From: Saprospiraceae bacterium
GTDB lineage: Bacteria > Bacteroidota > Bacteroidia > Chitinophagales > Saprospiraceae
Direction: 5' to 3'
Length of the DNA: 64,000 bases
Assembly: GCA_032115775.1 (NCBI GenBank)
Contig: JAUMBL010000029.1
Coordinates: forward strand, 1,921 to 65,920
In this document: positions 1-8,632 of the stretch, piece by piece
How positions within the stretch are numbered: position 1 is the stretch's first letter
Layout: each line of letters starts with the position of its first letter
Notes under the pieces: model-generated
Database searches by the model: none
Seen by the model: the letters and a program-made list of their open reading frames with translations, nothing else
What the model was told of the DNA's origin: nothing
Program-made: the position numbers and the translations under genes

Positions 1-3000
1 CATAACCGGTGCGAGGGCGCAATTGTCGCCGCCGCTGCCGTCCAGATGCTCGAAATCAACAAAATTAATCTGCGCCGGGCCGGCGCTGTATTGCAGGCCG
101 GGGGCGTCACTTGGGCCGCAGCCCTCAACGGATACGGCCTGCGGGCAAGTGATTGTCGGGGGAACTGCATCAGTAAGCGACAGAACGATGGTCACAAAGA
201 AGGTTGTTCCGGGGCAGTTGCCACCGTCTGGCGTCACCGCGTAGGTGACTGTCTGGGGGGCGGGTCCGGTGAGCGTTAGGATATCCGTGATAAAATCACC
301 GGCCTGGGGGGTGAGTGATTCTCCGAATACATTCGGATTGTCTGCGACTGCCACCCAGGTGAAATCGGCATTCACGCCGTTTCCGAGCGTATTCAGATTA
401 TTTTGCAAATCGTAGTTTATTGGAAGGCCGCTGCAGTCGGCGGATTGATCATTTCCGCCTATGGGGCCGTTCTCGACCCGTACGGTAGCCTTAACAGGAT
501 CGCCGGTACAGCCTGCGCCGCTGACAGGGGTCACGGTAAAGACCGTAGCTTCCGGGAGGCCGGTGGTACTGACCGGATTTCCCGTAATTGGCGCGGTAGC
601 GCCGGCATTGGGCAATCCGGTGACCAGCAGGGTATTGCTTCGAGACCAGTTGAAAGTGGCGCCGGATACACTATTCAGGTAGCCGATTGTGATCGGTGTA
701 ATCGACGCGCCGGAACAGACCGTCTGGCTAGTGGGTGAAGCAAACACGACGGGTTCCGGGCGTACCGTGATCGTGATCGTGAATGGGTCGCCGAGGCAGC
801 CGTTCCCGCCCGTCGGGATGATGTTGAGTGTGGTCGTCCGGGTCTGGTTGGTCAAATTTTCAGGCGTTCCGGTAATTGGATCGCCCGATCCGCCGGCCGG
901 CAAACCGGTAATATTGGTCAGGTTATTTCGCGTCCAGGAATACGTTGTTCCCGGGATGCCATTTCCAGCCACCAGTTGGATCGGGGTGATGGGCGTGCCG
1001 GAGCACAGGGTTTGAGTAGTCGGAGAGGCCTTGCCCTCCGGTTCCCGTTTTACCAGCACTTTCACCGTAAAGGCTGTGCCGATACAACCGTTCGGGCCGG
1101 TGGGCATTACGGTATAGAAGACCGAGGTATCGAGCACCCAGGTATTAGTCAGGATATCATTAATGATCGTTCCCGATTTAGGACTGAGCGACTCGCCGGT
1201 GATACGCGGGTTGTCTGCTGCTACCCAGCTGAAGGAGACACCCGTTGCGCCGTTGACGATCATTGTAGCGAGATCAATGTTGAGCGGCACATCGGAGCAG
1301 GTCATTAGGTTGGGCGTGCCGAGGCCGATGGGCAGGGGTTGCACGTTCACGGTAAAGGGTCCGCTGATATTCAAGCAATTGGGGCCGTTGTTGAAGGTAT
1401 TCGAACCGATGGCATAGTATTCGGAGGTCGTTACCCCATTGCTATTTCCGGGGGGTGTTACCTGGAGCGACTGGCCGGGATCCGGAGTGCCGTTCGTTGC
1501 CGTTACGCTGCCCAGGAATACGCCGTTATTGAGGGGCGAGCCAAGATAAAAATCATATCTTTTTGCGGCGTTGGCCTGATCGTCCACATAATCCGCAAGG
1601 TCTATGGATTGTCCGTTGCAGATACCAATACTTGTTGGAACAAAGCGCGGGCGCGGTGTCCGCCGAACCCGAACCTCAAAGCTGCACGCACCAACGTTCC
1701 CGCAGGCATCGGTAGCTAGGTACGTCACCACACTCAGACCCGGGTTAAAAGTCTGGCCGCTCGCATCGTCATTTCCGCCGCCGGAAGTATTCCCGGTAAT
1801 GGTATAGGTTACAGAAAAGGCACAATTATCGCTGGAGGACAGGGGGGCGATATCTTCCAGTACCGCTTTGTTGTTATCCGGATCGGTGCAAATTAATTGT
1901 GCAGTCGGGCACTGGATGGAGGGGATGGTCACATCATCTACCGTCAGTGTTTGCACGCATGCAGTTGAATTTGCCGCAGCATCCGTCACGACGAATGTAC
2001 GGGTTATTACGGCCGGGCAGGCGCCGTTCAGCACATCCGAGTAGGCGAGTGCCGTTATCTGCGTGCAATTATCGCCGGCTTGCCCTCCCTCGGCTGCAAA
2101 GGCAGAAATCGGAATGGTTGTCGGCGTGGCGCTGAATGCCAGGGCGCTTATTTGCGGCAGGGCGCTCAGATCGCAGGCGTCAATAAAGGCGTTTTGCGGA
2201 CAAGCGATCGTTGGCCGCTCCCTGTCTTCGACCGTGATGGTGAAGGCGCAGACCGCCGTGTTCCCGGAGGTGTCCACTGCCGTCCATACAACCTGGCTGG
2301 CGCCGAGCGCAAAAGCAGATCCGGAGGCCGGCCCGATTGTTTGGGTAGTTTTTACACTGCAGTTATCGGTGGCGGCAACGAAATAATTAAAGTTGGCAGC
2401 GCAGCTGCCGAGGTCGGTCATAAGCGTCGTATTCGATGGGCAGGCAGTAAATACCGGCGGCGTGATATCTCTTACCGTCACGGTAAAGGAACAGGTTTTG
2501 GTATTTCCTGCTGCATCGGTGATTTGGTACGTATTCACGGTTGCGCCCAGCGACCAGGTATCGCCGCTGGCCAGTCCTTGCGTCTGCCCGGCACTGATGC
2601 CCGGACAATTATCGTTGCCCGAAATACCTGCATAAGATACCACCGCCGTACAGAGTCCCGGATCCGTACTGACCGAAAAGTCGGCAGGACAGTTGATCGT
2701 TGGCGCTTGGGTGTCATTTACGCGCACGGTGAAAGAACAGGATGCGGTGTTGTTTGCAGCGTCTTTTGCCACAAATGTATTCACCGTAGCGCCCACAGGG
2801 AAGCTGGCGCCGGATGGCAGCCCGGATGTTTGAGTGAATGTGGCGCCACAATTATCGGAGACGGATATCGTGTACGTTGCCACGCCGGCACATAAGTCAG
2901 CCGTATTGGATACGGTGATCGTACTGGGGCAAGTGATGGAAGGCGGTTCCGTATCCATTACCTGTACGCTGAAGGTGCAGACAGACGTCAAGCCGGCTGC

Positions 3001-6000
3001 ATCCGTGGCCCTGTAGGTGACGGCTGTTGAGCCGACCGAGAAGACGCCGCCTGAATTCGGGCCCTGAATTTTGAGAATGGATTCGCCCGGACAGTTATCG
3101 TCAAACTGCACGCTGTAGCTAAAAATTGTGGAGCACTGCCCCGGCGTGTTGTTGATCGTGGTATCCGGCGGACACTGAAGGGTGGGGGGCTGCGCGTCCT
3201 TTACGGTAACCGTGAAGGAACAGGTGGAATGCAAACCTGCAAGATCGGACGCGGTATATACAATCTGGCTGTCGCCGATCGGGAAGGAGGCTCCGCTTGC
3301 CAGTCCGGACGTTTTTACAAGCGTATAACCGCAATTGTCGGAGGCCGTCACGGTGTAGGTAACTACGGCCGCGCAGGTATTCGGATCTGTGTTTGCCTGG
3401 ATTCCAGAAGGACAAAAAATCGCGGGCGCTTCCTGATCCGTCACGGTTACGCTAAAGGAGCAGGTGCTGGTATTCGTACCGAACAAGTCGGTAGACGTAT
3501 AAGTAACCAGCGTCAGTCCGACGGCGAAAGTTTCCGAGGCGGCAGCGCCGGAAGCAAATACCCCGCCGACTGGCAGACTGACCGGCACTGGCGTACCCGC
3601 GCTGTACGCGACGGCCGCCAGGATACAGTTCGTGCTGGTATTGTGAGTCGGATGCGTCCAAGAATAGGATGCCGTACAATTACCGTTGTCGGTGGGCAGT
3701 TGGACGGATTGCAGTCCGGCGCAATTGAGTACCGGAACAGGTTCCACGGTGACCAGTATGGTGTCGGAAAGCGGCAGCGAAACCGGCGGCGTAGCGGGGA
3801 AACTGATCCCGGTTATTGCATAGCGGCTTGTGGTTGTCAGGATTCCCGTATTCAAGGAAGCCTGGCCATTGCCGTCCAGCAGGATCGTTTGGGGGGCGCC
3901 GCCGTTTATGGTGTAGCCGACTGTTGCGTTGGGTGTACCGCTGAATGTGAGGAGCGTGCTTTGCCCCGAACAGAGGGTGTCTTCTCCGGAGATTTTGGTT
4001 TTTACCCCGAACAAAATATTGAAGTCCTCGCAGTCGCTTACATCCGGACATCCAGGCGTGCTTACCAGCAGGCTGGCCGCGTTGGCGCTCGGATGCGTCC
4101 ATTGGCGCGACGGGTTCGCGCTGCTGGAATCGGGTAGGAAACCGCTTGCAGTGCAACTGTTACAAACGGCATTGGGGCAGGCCTTCCAAAGATAGGTATA
4201 GGCGCCGTTGGCCGGGACGGACGGAGAAACAGACGCCCCGTGCTGGAGCGTGACACCCAGTTGGTATTCTCCGAGAGCATCAATGGAAACGGTGGGCGTT
4301 TCATTAACCTGCACCGTCACGCTGCTTAGATTCGGGCTGCCCTGCGTAATACATCCGTTTACATCCGACACGCTGGTCAGGTTGTAGGTGGTATTCGCGT
4401 TGGCAGTCAGGGTGATGGTTCCGCCATCCGTCAAATTGTTATAGGTGTCCCCGTTAATTACCAGGGAAAAAGGCGGATTACCGGCAGTGGCGTGAAAAGT
4501 GAGGGTTACGTTATCCGTTCCTTTACACACCAGCGGGGCATTCGCCGTTATGCTGCCGCCCGGTTCTGAAAGCGCCACGGTCACCGGCGGCATCGTTTTG
4601 ATCAGGAGCATGTGAAAGTGCTCTTGCAAGGCTTCCAAATCGCCCGGCATGTAATTTACCAGTTCAATATTTCCGGTACCATCCTCCGAGATTGCTTTTA
4701 GTTTGAATATTAACAGCGTATCAAACGCGGAAACGTCGTAAGAAACGTCGTTTGAACTCCAGGAATACTGTAGGTAACCCGACGCAGAATTATTGATAAA
4801 CGCGCCTGGCAGGACTTTACCCACCGCGGAACCGGGCACATAATCATACGATATCGCGTCCCATGCCACGGAAAATTGCATCCCGATGAGCGCCGGTCCC
4901 GCGCAGGGCGCCGTCACCACGACTGTAATCTCCTCTCCGCAAACGGCGGCAGCCGGCGAAGCGGCGGCCTGCAGCGTGAAATCCGGCGTAACCGTCGCCA
5001 CGCCGTTCATCGTGGCGCTGCATCCGTTCACCTCCCGGGGCGCTACAACTTGATAGTTGCCGCCCAATTTCAGGCCGGAGAAGGTCAAGGGGCCGCCTGT
5101 ACCGACCTGGGTGATTCCGGAAGGGGAAAAACCGGCAAATTGATTTGATTCGATGTACAACTCGTAGTTTTCTCCTAATTTCGAGTTATTCATCGTAATG
5201 GACGGCCTCGTACCGGAGCAGTAGTTCCCGCCGCCCGAAATGTCGTAGATAGCCGAAGGGCCGTTGACTATTACTGTCAGGACATTCGAAAGTATGTTAT
5301 CGAGGCAGCCTCTGCCGGTATCATCCAGTTTTTGGCGAAAATAGTACGTTCCGGGTATATCGGCAGCTACATTATAGCTTGCTTCATTCTGAATACCGGG
5401 GGCGTTTGTCCAGTTATTATTCCCGTTCGGAGAGATCTCCCAGTCGTATGTAAAATTGCCCGAACCGCCGGACACACTGACGGTATCCAGTAAAATCGGC
5501 TCTCCGATGCAAACCGTCGAAGTCGGCACGGCTGCGATGGAGACAGCGGAGGGATCGGCCACGACCGTGATGGTCACGGTCGCACTGGTGTCCGAACAGG
5601 CATTCAGAATAGGTCTGGACACCACCCGGCGGAAGGCGTAAACGCCTGCAACATCCGCATATACGCTTGGAATATTGTAATCAGCAGTGGAATTTACCCC
5701 GGCAGCGGCGCTCCAAGAGCCGTTATTGACCGAAACCTGCCACAGGAAGTTCGGGACGTTATTTAAGTTGGAGGCGTTAATCGTCAGGTTGGCGCCAACG
5801 CACACCTTAACGCTTGCAGTAACAATATTATTCGGTGTGCACTGCGAAAAAATCGGTTCGCAATCCGTCCCTGCGGCAAATAAACCAAACAAAAAAACAC
5901 GCTTAACCCAGGAAAACTCGTAGCCTTGAACAAGCGTACTGCGAGCGGAAACGAAAATTTGGTCGAAACGCAAAAGCGCGTCAAGTACATTTTTCAACAT
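1..6000 (-). CDS. Giant secreted multidomain surface protein, partial (C-terminus lies beyond the left edge). Contains Ig-like modules, one cohesin-like module, about 8 tandem HYR-type modules, then further Cys-containing Ig-like repeats
   Basis: Minus-strand ATG at 6000-5998. I hand-translated this frame at both ends and at about ten internal points and found no stop. The ORF track lists no minus ORF in this frame, as expected for an ORF that leaves the window. The N-terminus has a hydrophobic leader (KRVFLFGLFAAG), so the true start could be a downstream GTG/TTG near 5916. The body is T/S/G/N/C-rich with recurring C-[ST]-F-x-V-x-V-x-D-x(3)-P-x(3)-C-P signatures. Confidence 0.8.
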   Translation of the reverse strand, partial: MLKNVLDALLRFDQIFVSARSTLVQGYEFSWVKRVFLFGLFAAGTDCEPIFSQCTPNNIVTASVKVCVGANLTINASNLNNVPNFLWQVSVNNGSWSAAAGVNSTADYNIPSVYADVAGVYAFRRVVSRPILNACSDTSATVTITVVADPSAVSIAAVPTSTVCIGEPILLDTVSVSGGSGNFTYDWEISPNGNNNWTNAPGIQNEASYNVAADIPGTYYFRQKLDDTGRGCLDNILSNVLTVIVNGPSAIYDISGGGNYCSGTRPSITMNNSKLGENYELYIESNQFAGFSPSGITQVGTGGPLTFSGLKLGGNYQVVAPREVNGCSATMNGVATVTPDFTLQAAASPAAAVCGEEITVVVTAPCAGPALIGMQFSVAWDAISYDYVPGSAVGKVLPGAFINNSASGYLQYSWSSNDVSYDVSAFDTLLIFKLKAISEDGTGNIELVNYMPGDLEALQEHFHMLLIKTMPPVTVALSEPGGSITANAPLVCKGTDNVTLTFHATAGNPPFSLVINGDTYNNLTDGGTITLTANANTTYNLTSVSDVNGCITQGSPNLSSVTVQVNETPTVSIDALGEYQLGVTLQHGASVSPSVPANGAYTYLWKACPNAVCNSCTASGFLPDSSSANPSRQWTHPSANAASLLVSTPGCPDVSDCEDFNILFGVKTKISGEDTLCSGQSTLLTFSGTPNATVGYTINGGAPQTILLDGNGQASLNTGILTTTSRYAITGISFPATPPVSLPLSDTILVTVEPVPVLNCAGLQSVQLPTDNGNCTASYSWTHPTHNTSTNCILAAVAYSAGTPVPVSLPVGGVFASGAAASETFAVGLTLVTYTSTDLFGTNTSTCSFSVTVTDQEAPAIFCPSGIQANTDPNTCAAVVTYTVTASDNCGYTLVKTSGLASGASFPIGDSQIVYTASDLAGLHSTCSFTVTVKDAQPPTLQCPPDTTINNTPGQCSTIFSYSVQFDDNCPGESILKIQGPNSGGVFSVGSTAVTYRATDAAGLTSVCTFSVQVMDTEPPSITCPSTITVSNTADLCAGVATYTISVSDNCGATFTQTSGLPSGASFPVGATVNTFVAKDAANNTASCSFTVRVNDTQAPTINCPADFSVSTDPGLCTAVVSYAGISGNDNCPGISAGQTQGLASGDTWSLGATVNTYQITDAAGNTKTCSFTVTVRDITPPVFTACPSNTTLMTDLGSCAANFNYFVAATDNCSVKTTQTIGPASGSAFALGASQVVWTAVDTSGNTAVCAFTITVEDRERPTIACPQNAFIDACDLSALPQISALAFSATPTTIPISAFAAEGGQAGDNCTQITALAYSDVLNGACPAVITRTFVVTDAAANSTACVQTLTVDDVTIPSIQCPTAQLICTDPDNNKAVLEDIAPLSSSDNCAFSVTYTITGNTSGGGNDDASGQTFNPGLSVVTYLATDACGNVGACSFEVRVRRTPRPRFVPTSIGICNGQSIDLADYVDDQANAAKRYDFYLGSPLNNGVFLGSVTATNGTPDPGQSLQVTPPGNSNGVTTSEYYAIGSNTFNNGPNCLNISGPFTVNVQPLPIGLGTPNLMTCSDVPLNIDLATMIVNGATGVSFSWVAADNPRITGESLSPKSGTIINDILTNTWVLDTSVFYTVMPTGPNGCIGTAFTVKVLVKREPEGKASPTTQTLCSGTPITPIQLVAGNGIPGTTYSWTRNNLTNITGLPAGGSGDPITGTPENLTNQTRTTTLNIIPTGGNGCLGDPFTITITVRPEPVVFASPTSQTVCSGASITPITIGYLNSVSGATFNWSRSNTLLVTGLPNAGATAPITGNPVSTTGLPEATVFTVTPVSGAGCTGDPVKATVRVENGPIGGNDQSADCSGLPINYDLQNNLNTLGNGVNADFTWVAVADNPNVFGESLTPQAGDFITDILTLTGPAPQTVTYAVTPDGGNCPGTTFFVTIVLSLTDAVPPTITCPQAVSVEGCGPSDAPGLQYSAGPAQINFVDFEHLDGSGGDNCALAPVM
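1655..3745 (-). repeat. Array of about 8 HYR-type (hyalin-repeat-like) protein modules, period about 245-250 nt, inside the giant surface protein
   Basis: Hand-translated signatures: CSFSVTVTDQEAP (about 3450), CSFTVTVKDAQPP (3185-3222), CTFSVQVMDTEPP (about 2960), CSFTVRVNDTQAP (about 2720), CSFTVTVRDITPP (about 2480), CAFTITVEDREGP (about 2235), a variant VQTLTVDDVTIP (about 1930), and CSFEVRVRRTP (about 1670). The repeat is at the protein level; the DNA copies are diverged. Confidence 0.75.
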
Positions 6001-6438
6001 AGGATAATGATGTGCGGGATGAATAAAAATCGGTTTGTATATTATAAAAAGATATAACAGGCTGAATCGAAAAGATCTCCCCTGTGCACAGCCCCAAGGT
6101 CGGCTGTATCACAGGCGCTCCGAAAAAAATTACTATGTCGCAACGCGTGCGAAAATCACGAAAGCAAACTGTACAGGGAGTGTGTCGGGATGTGCAAACC
6201 TGGCTTTAGCCCGGCCGTTCAGTAGGTAATCGGTCATGATCGGTATGTGATTAAAGAAAAAATACCCTGCAAAAGGTATGCCTAAATTAATATTTGTCCG
6301 ATTTTTTAACAAAATAAGCAAAATATTTTTCTCAACCGGTAGGCGTGTATCACAAGGTACGCTTTTTCCCGCGCCCCCGCTGAATTCAATTTTTTATAAA
6401 AAAAAACGCGCGAATTGGATTGTTCCCGTTAAAATATA

Positions 6439-6446
6439 TACCTTTG
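6439..6446 (+). promoter_or_regulatory. Bacteroidota sigma-A -7 box (TAccTTTG, followed by CAA) upstream of rimP
   Basis: Exact match to the TAnnTTTG consensus, about 90 nt upstream of the rimP ATG. The same TAnnTTTGCAA context recurs upstream of infB and of the 53106 gene. Confidence 0.5.
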
Positions 6447-6465
6447 CAATGTTTTCCACGGTAGG

Positions 6466-6503
6466 GAAGAAAAGAGGGAGCCAAGCGGTTCCCTCTTTTC
6501 TTT
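6466..6503 (+). promoter_or_regulatory. Leader stem-loop between the rimP promoter box and the rimP ATG (attenuator/terminator-like)
   Basis: GAAGAAAAGAGGGA (6466-6479) pairs with TCCCTCTTTTCTTT (6490-6503). This gives a 14-bp stem including one G-U, a 10-nt loop, and a T-rich 3' arm and tail. Confidence 0.45.
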
Positions 6504-6536
6504 ATCCGACCGCCGAAACAAGCCGTCTGCCGTTAC

Positions 6537-7016
6537 ATGGAACTTACAGAACATATCGCCCGCCTGCTGGAAGAAAAATACGCTTCGGATGAAGCCTTCC
6601 AAGATTGCTATACGGTTGAAATCGAAATGAAACCCGGCAATAAACTAAACGTTTTTATAGATGCAGACTCCGGCATCGATTTCGAAAAATGCCGGCTCCT
6701 CAGCCGCTATCTCGAAAGTTTTATAGACGCCAACAGCTGGCTCGGCGAAAAATATACGCTCGAAGTGAGCAGCCCGGGTCTGAACCGCCCGCTGAAATTC
6801 CTGCGCCAATACCAAAAAAACATCGGCCGAACCCTCGCCGTCACTCTGCACGATAAAACCCAACACGCCGGCATCCTGCAATCAGTAACAGAAGATAGCG
6901 TCACAATCACCCATACCGCCATCGAACGGGAAGGAAAAAAGAAAAAAGAAGTGACGGTGGAAACCGCCATTAAATTGGAAAATATCGAAAAAGCGCTCGT
7001 AAAACCAGCGTTCTGA
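6537..7016 (+). CDS. rimP: Ribosome maturation factor RimP
   Basis: 159 aa. Contains an LEVSSPGLNRPL motif and lies immediately upstream of nusA-infB. Confidence 0.9.
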   Translation: MELTEHIARLLEEKYASDEAFQDCYTVEIEMKPGNKLNVFIDADSGIDFEKCRLLSRYLESFIDANSWLGEKYTLEVSSPGLNRPLKFLRQYQKNIGRTLAVTLHDKTQHAGILQSVTEDSVTITHTAIEREGKKKKEVTVETAIKLENIEKALVKPAF

Positions 7017-7200
7017 TCCGCAAACGCAGACAAACGCCAGGGCATGTTCGGATGTTGGTTTTGAGGCGAACGCAAAAAAAGATTCTTCCAGAAAAATAAA
7101 ATTTGCAACCGTATCCGGGCAAAATTTTTAAAAAAACTCGACCCGCAGCGCTTAAAATCTACAGCCGCGCTGAACCCTCCGAACATAATAACTTGATAAT

Positions 7201-8451
7201 ATGGTCAATTTAGTAGATGTATTTGCCGATTTTAAATCCGGAAAAAACATAGACCGCCCCACCATGGTGCGCGTACTGGAAGATGTGTTCCGTACCCTTA
7301 TTAAGAAAAAATACGGTTCCGACGAAAATTTCGACGTGATCGTCAATACGAATAAAGGCGACCTGGAAATCTGGCGCGTGCGCGAAGTCGTGGCCGATGG
7401 CGAAGTCACAGACGACCACAGCCAGGTGGCAGTGTCAGAAGCGGCTTCGGTGGACGAAAGCCTCGACGTGGGCGATGAATGCTACGAACAACTCTCCATC
7501 GAAGATTTCGGTCGCCGCGCCATCATGGCCGCGCGCCAAACGCTGGTGTCGCGGATCATGGAACTCGAAAAAGACGAGGTGTACAGAAAATACGCCGAAC
7601 GCGTGGGCGAAGTCGTCACCGGCGAAATCAGCCAGGTGCTCAAAAAAGAATTGCTGGTGCTCGATGACGCCACCGGCAACGAACTGGTGCTGCCCAGACT
7701 GGAAATGATCCGGGGCGACTACTACCGCAAAGGCGATATGGTCAAAGGAATTATTAAAAAGGTGGAAATGCGCAACAACACCCCGTATATCATGCTCAGC
7801 CGAACCGACCCAGGCTTCCTCCACCGCCTGCTCGAAGCAGAAGTACCCGAAATCGAAGACGGTATCATCGAAATTAAAAATATCGTCCGACTGCCGGGCG
7901 AACGCGCAAAAGTCGCCGTGGAAAGCCACGACGACCGCATAGATCCCGTGGGCGCCTGCGTGGGTATGAAGGGCAGCCGTATCCACGGCATCGTCCGTGA
8001 ACTGCGCAACGAAAATATTGATATCATCAATTATACCAATAATCTCACGCTCTTTATCCAACGAAGCCTCACGCCCGCCAAAATCAGCCATATCGACCTC
8101 AATACCGAGAATCAACACGCCGCCGTCTATCTGGACGCCGACCAGGTCAGCCTCGCAATCGGTAAAAGCGGCTCGAATATCAAACTGGCCTCTAAACTCA
8201 CCGGATTCGAAATTGACGTATATCGAAACCAAGCCGAATACGAAATTGACGACGTAGATCTCGAGGAGTTCAGCGATGCAATCGAAGCCTGGGTCATCGA
8301 AGCACTCAAAAATATCGGCTGCGATACCGCCCGCCAAGTACTCGAACTCTCAAAAGACGAAATCGTCCGCCGTACCGACCTCGAAGACGAAACGGTACAG
8401 GAAGTACTCAATATCCTGGCCGCAGAATTCGAAGAAGGCAATGAAGAATAA
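7201..8451 (+). CDS. nusA: Transcription termination/antitermination factor NusA
   Basis: 416 aa. S1-like [12 protein letters not shown] and KH-region [14 protein letters not shown] motifs; acidic C-terminus; rimP-nusA-infB synteny. Confidence 0.95.
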   Translation: MVNLVDVFADFKSGKNIDRPTMVRVLEDVFRTLIKKKYGSDENFDVIVNTNKGDLEIWRVREVVADGEVTDDHSQVAVSEAASVDESLDVGDECYEQLSIEDFGRRAIMAARQTLVSRIMELEKDEVYRKYAERVGEVVTGEISQVLKKELLVLDDATGNELVLPRLEMIRGDYYRKGDMVKGIIKKVEMRNNTPYIMLSRTDPGFLHRLLEAEVPEIEDGIIEIKNIVRLPGERAKVAVESHDDRIDPVGACVGMKGSRIHGIVRELRNENIDIINYTNNLTLFIQRSLTPAKISHIDLNTENQHAAVYLDADQVSLAIGKSGSNIKLASKLTGFEIDVYRNQAEYEIDDVDLEEFSDAIEAWVIEALKNIGCDTARQVLELSKDEIVRRTDLEDETVQEVLNILAAEFEEGNEE

Positions 8452-8504
8452 TTCCCGCGAAAAGCAAGCGCGGCAATATGCACGAAAGGCAATTTTTTTT
8501 ATCG

Positions 8505-8512
8505 TACCTTTG
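8505..8512 (+). promoter_or_regulatory. -7 box TAccTTTG (followed by CAA) upstream of infB
   Basis: Exact TAnnTTTG match in the nusA-infB spacer, 121 nt upstream of the chosen infB ATG. Confidence 0.4.
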
Positions 8513-8632
8513 CAACAATTAAGCCGAAATGCGCGAAAAGGGAACTTTGTCTCTTTCCTTCGCGTTTTACCAAAACTCTTAATCCAGCGCTTTACACAAC
8601 TTATTTCAATAAATAGCAGGAAAAAACACTGC

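Noticed and set aside
1655-3745. Regular roughly 250-nt periodicity, considered as a possible CRISPR array or tandem DNA repeat
   Set aside because: The periodicity is at the protein-domain level (HYR modules). The DNA copies are diverged, there are no short identical repeats with unique spacers, and the region is one open reading frame.
2080-4137. Long + strand ORFs (2080-2895, 271 aa; 3229-4137, 302 aa) and many shorter ORFs on both strands across 1-6000
   Set aside because: They are antisense or out of frame to the giant minus-strand gene. Their translations are R/G/A/C-rich with no domain signatures. The HYR signatures appear only in the minus frame that starts at 6000.
6278-6592. 104-aa + strand ORF in the spacer upstream of rimP
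   Set aside because: It lies in an AT-rich regulatory spacer and runs through the promoter box and leader hairpin into rimP. It has a low-complexity K/F/R-rich translation.
7435-8337. 300-aa minus-strand ORF
   Set aside because: This is an antisense shadow of nusA, with a typical antisense composition (F/D/H/G/A-rich) and no motifs.
8276-8632. 119-codon upstream extension of the infB ORF overlapping the 3' end of nusA
   Set aside because: The extension overlaps nusA by 176 nt and translates to K/S/R-rich junk. The ATG at 8633 gives a typical IF-2 N-terminus and lies downstream of a promoter-like box.
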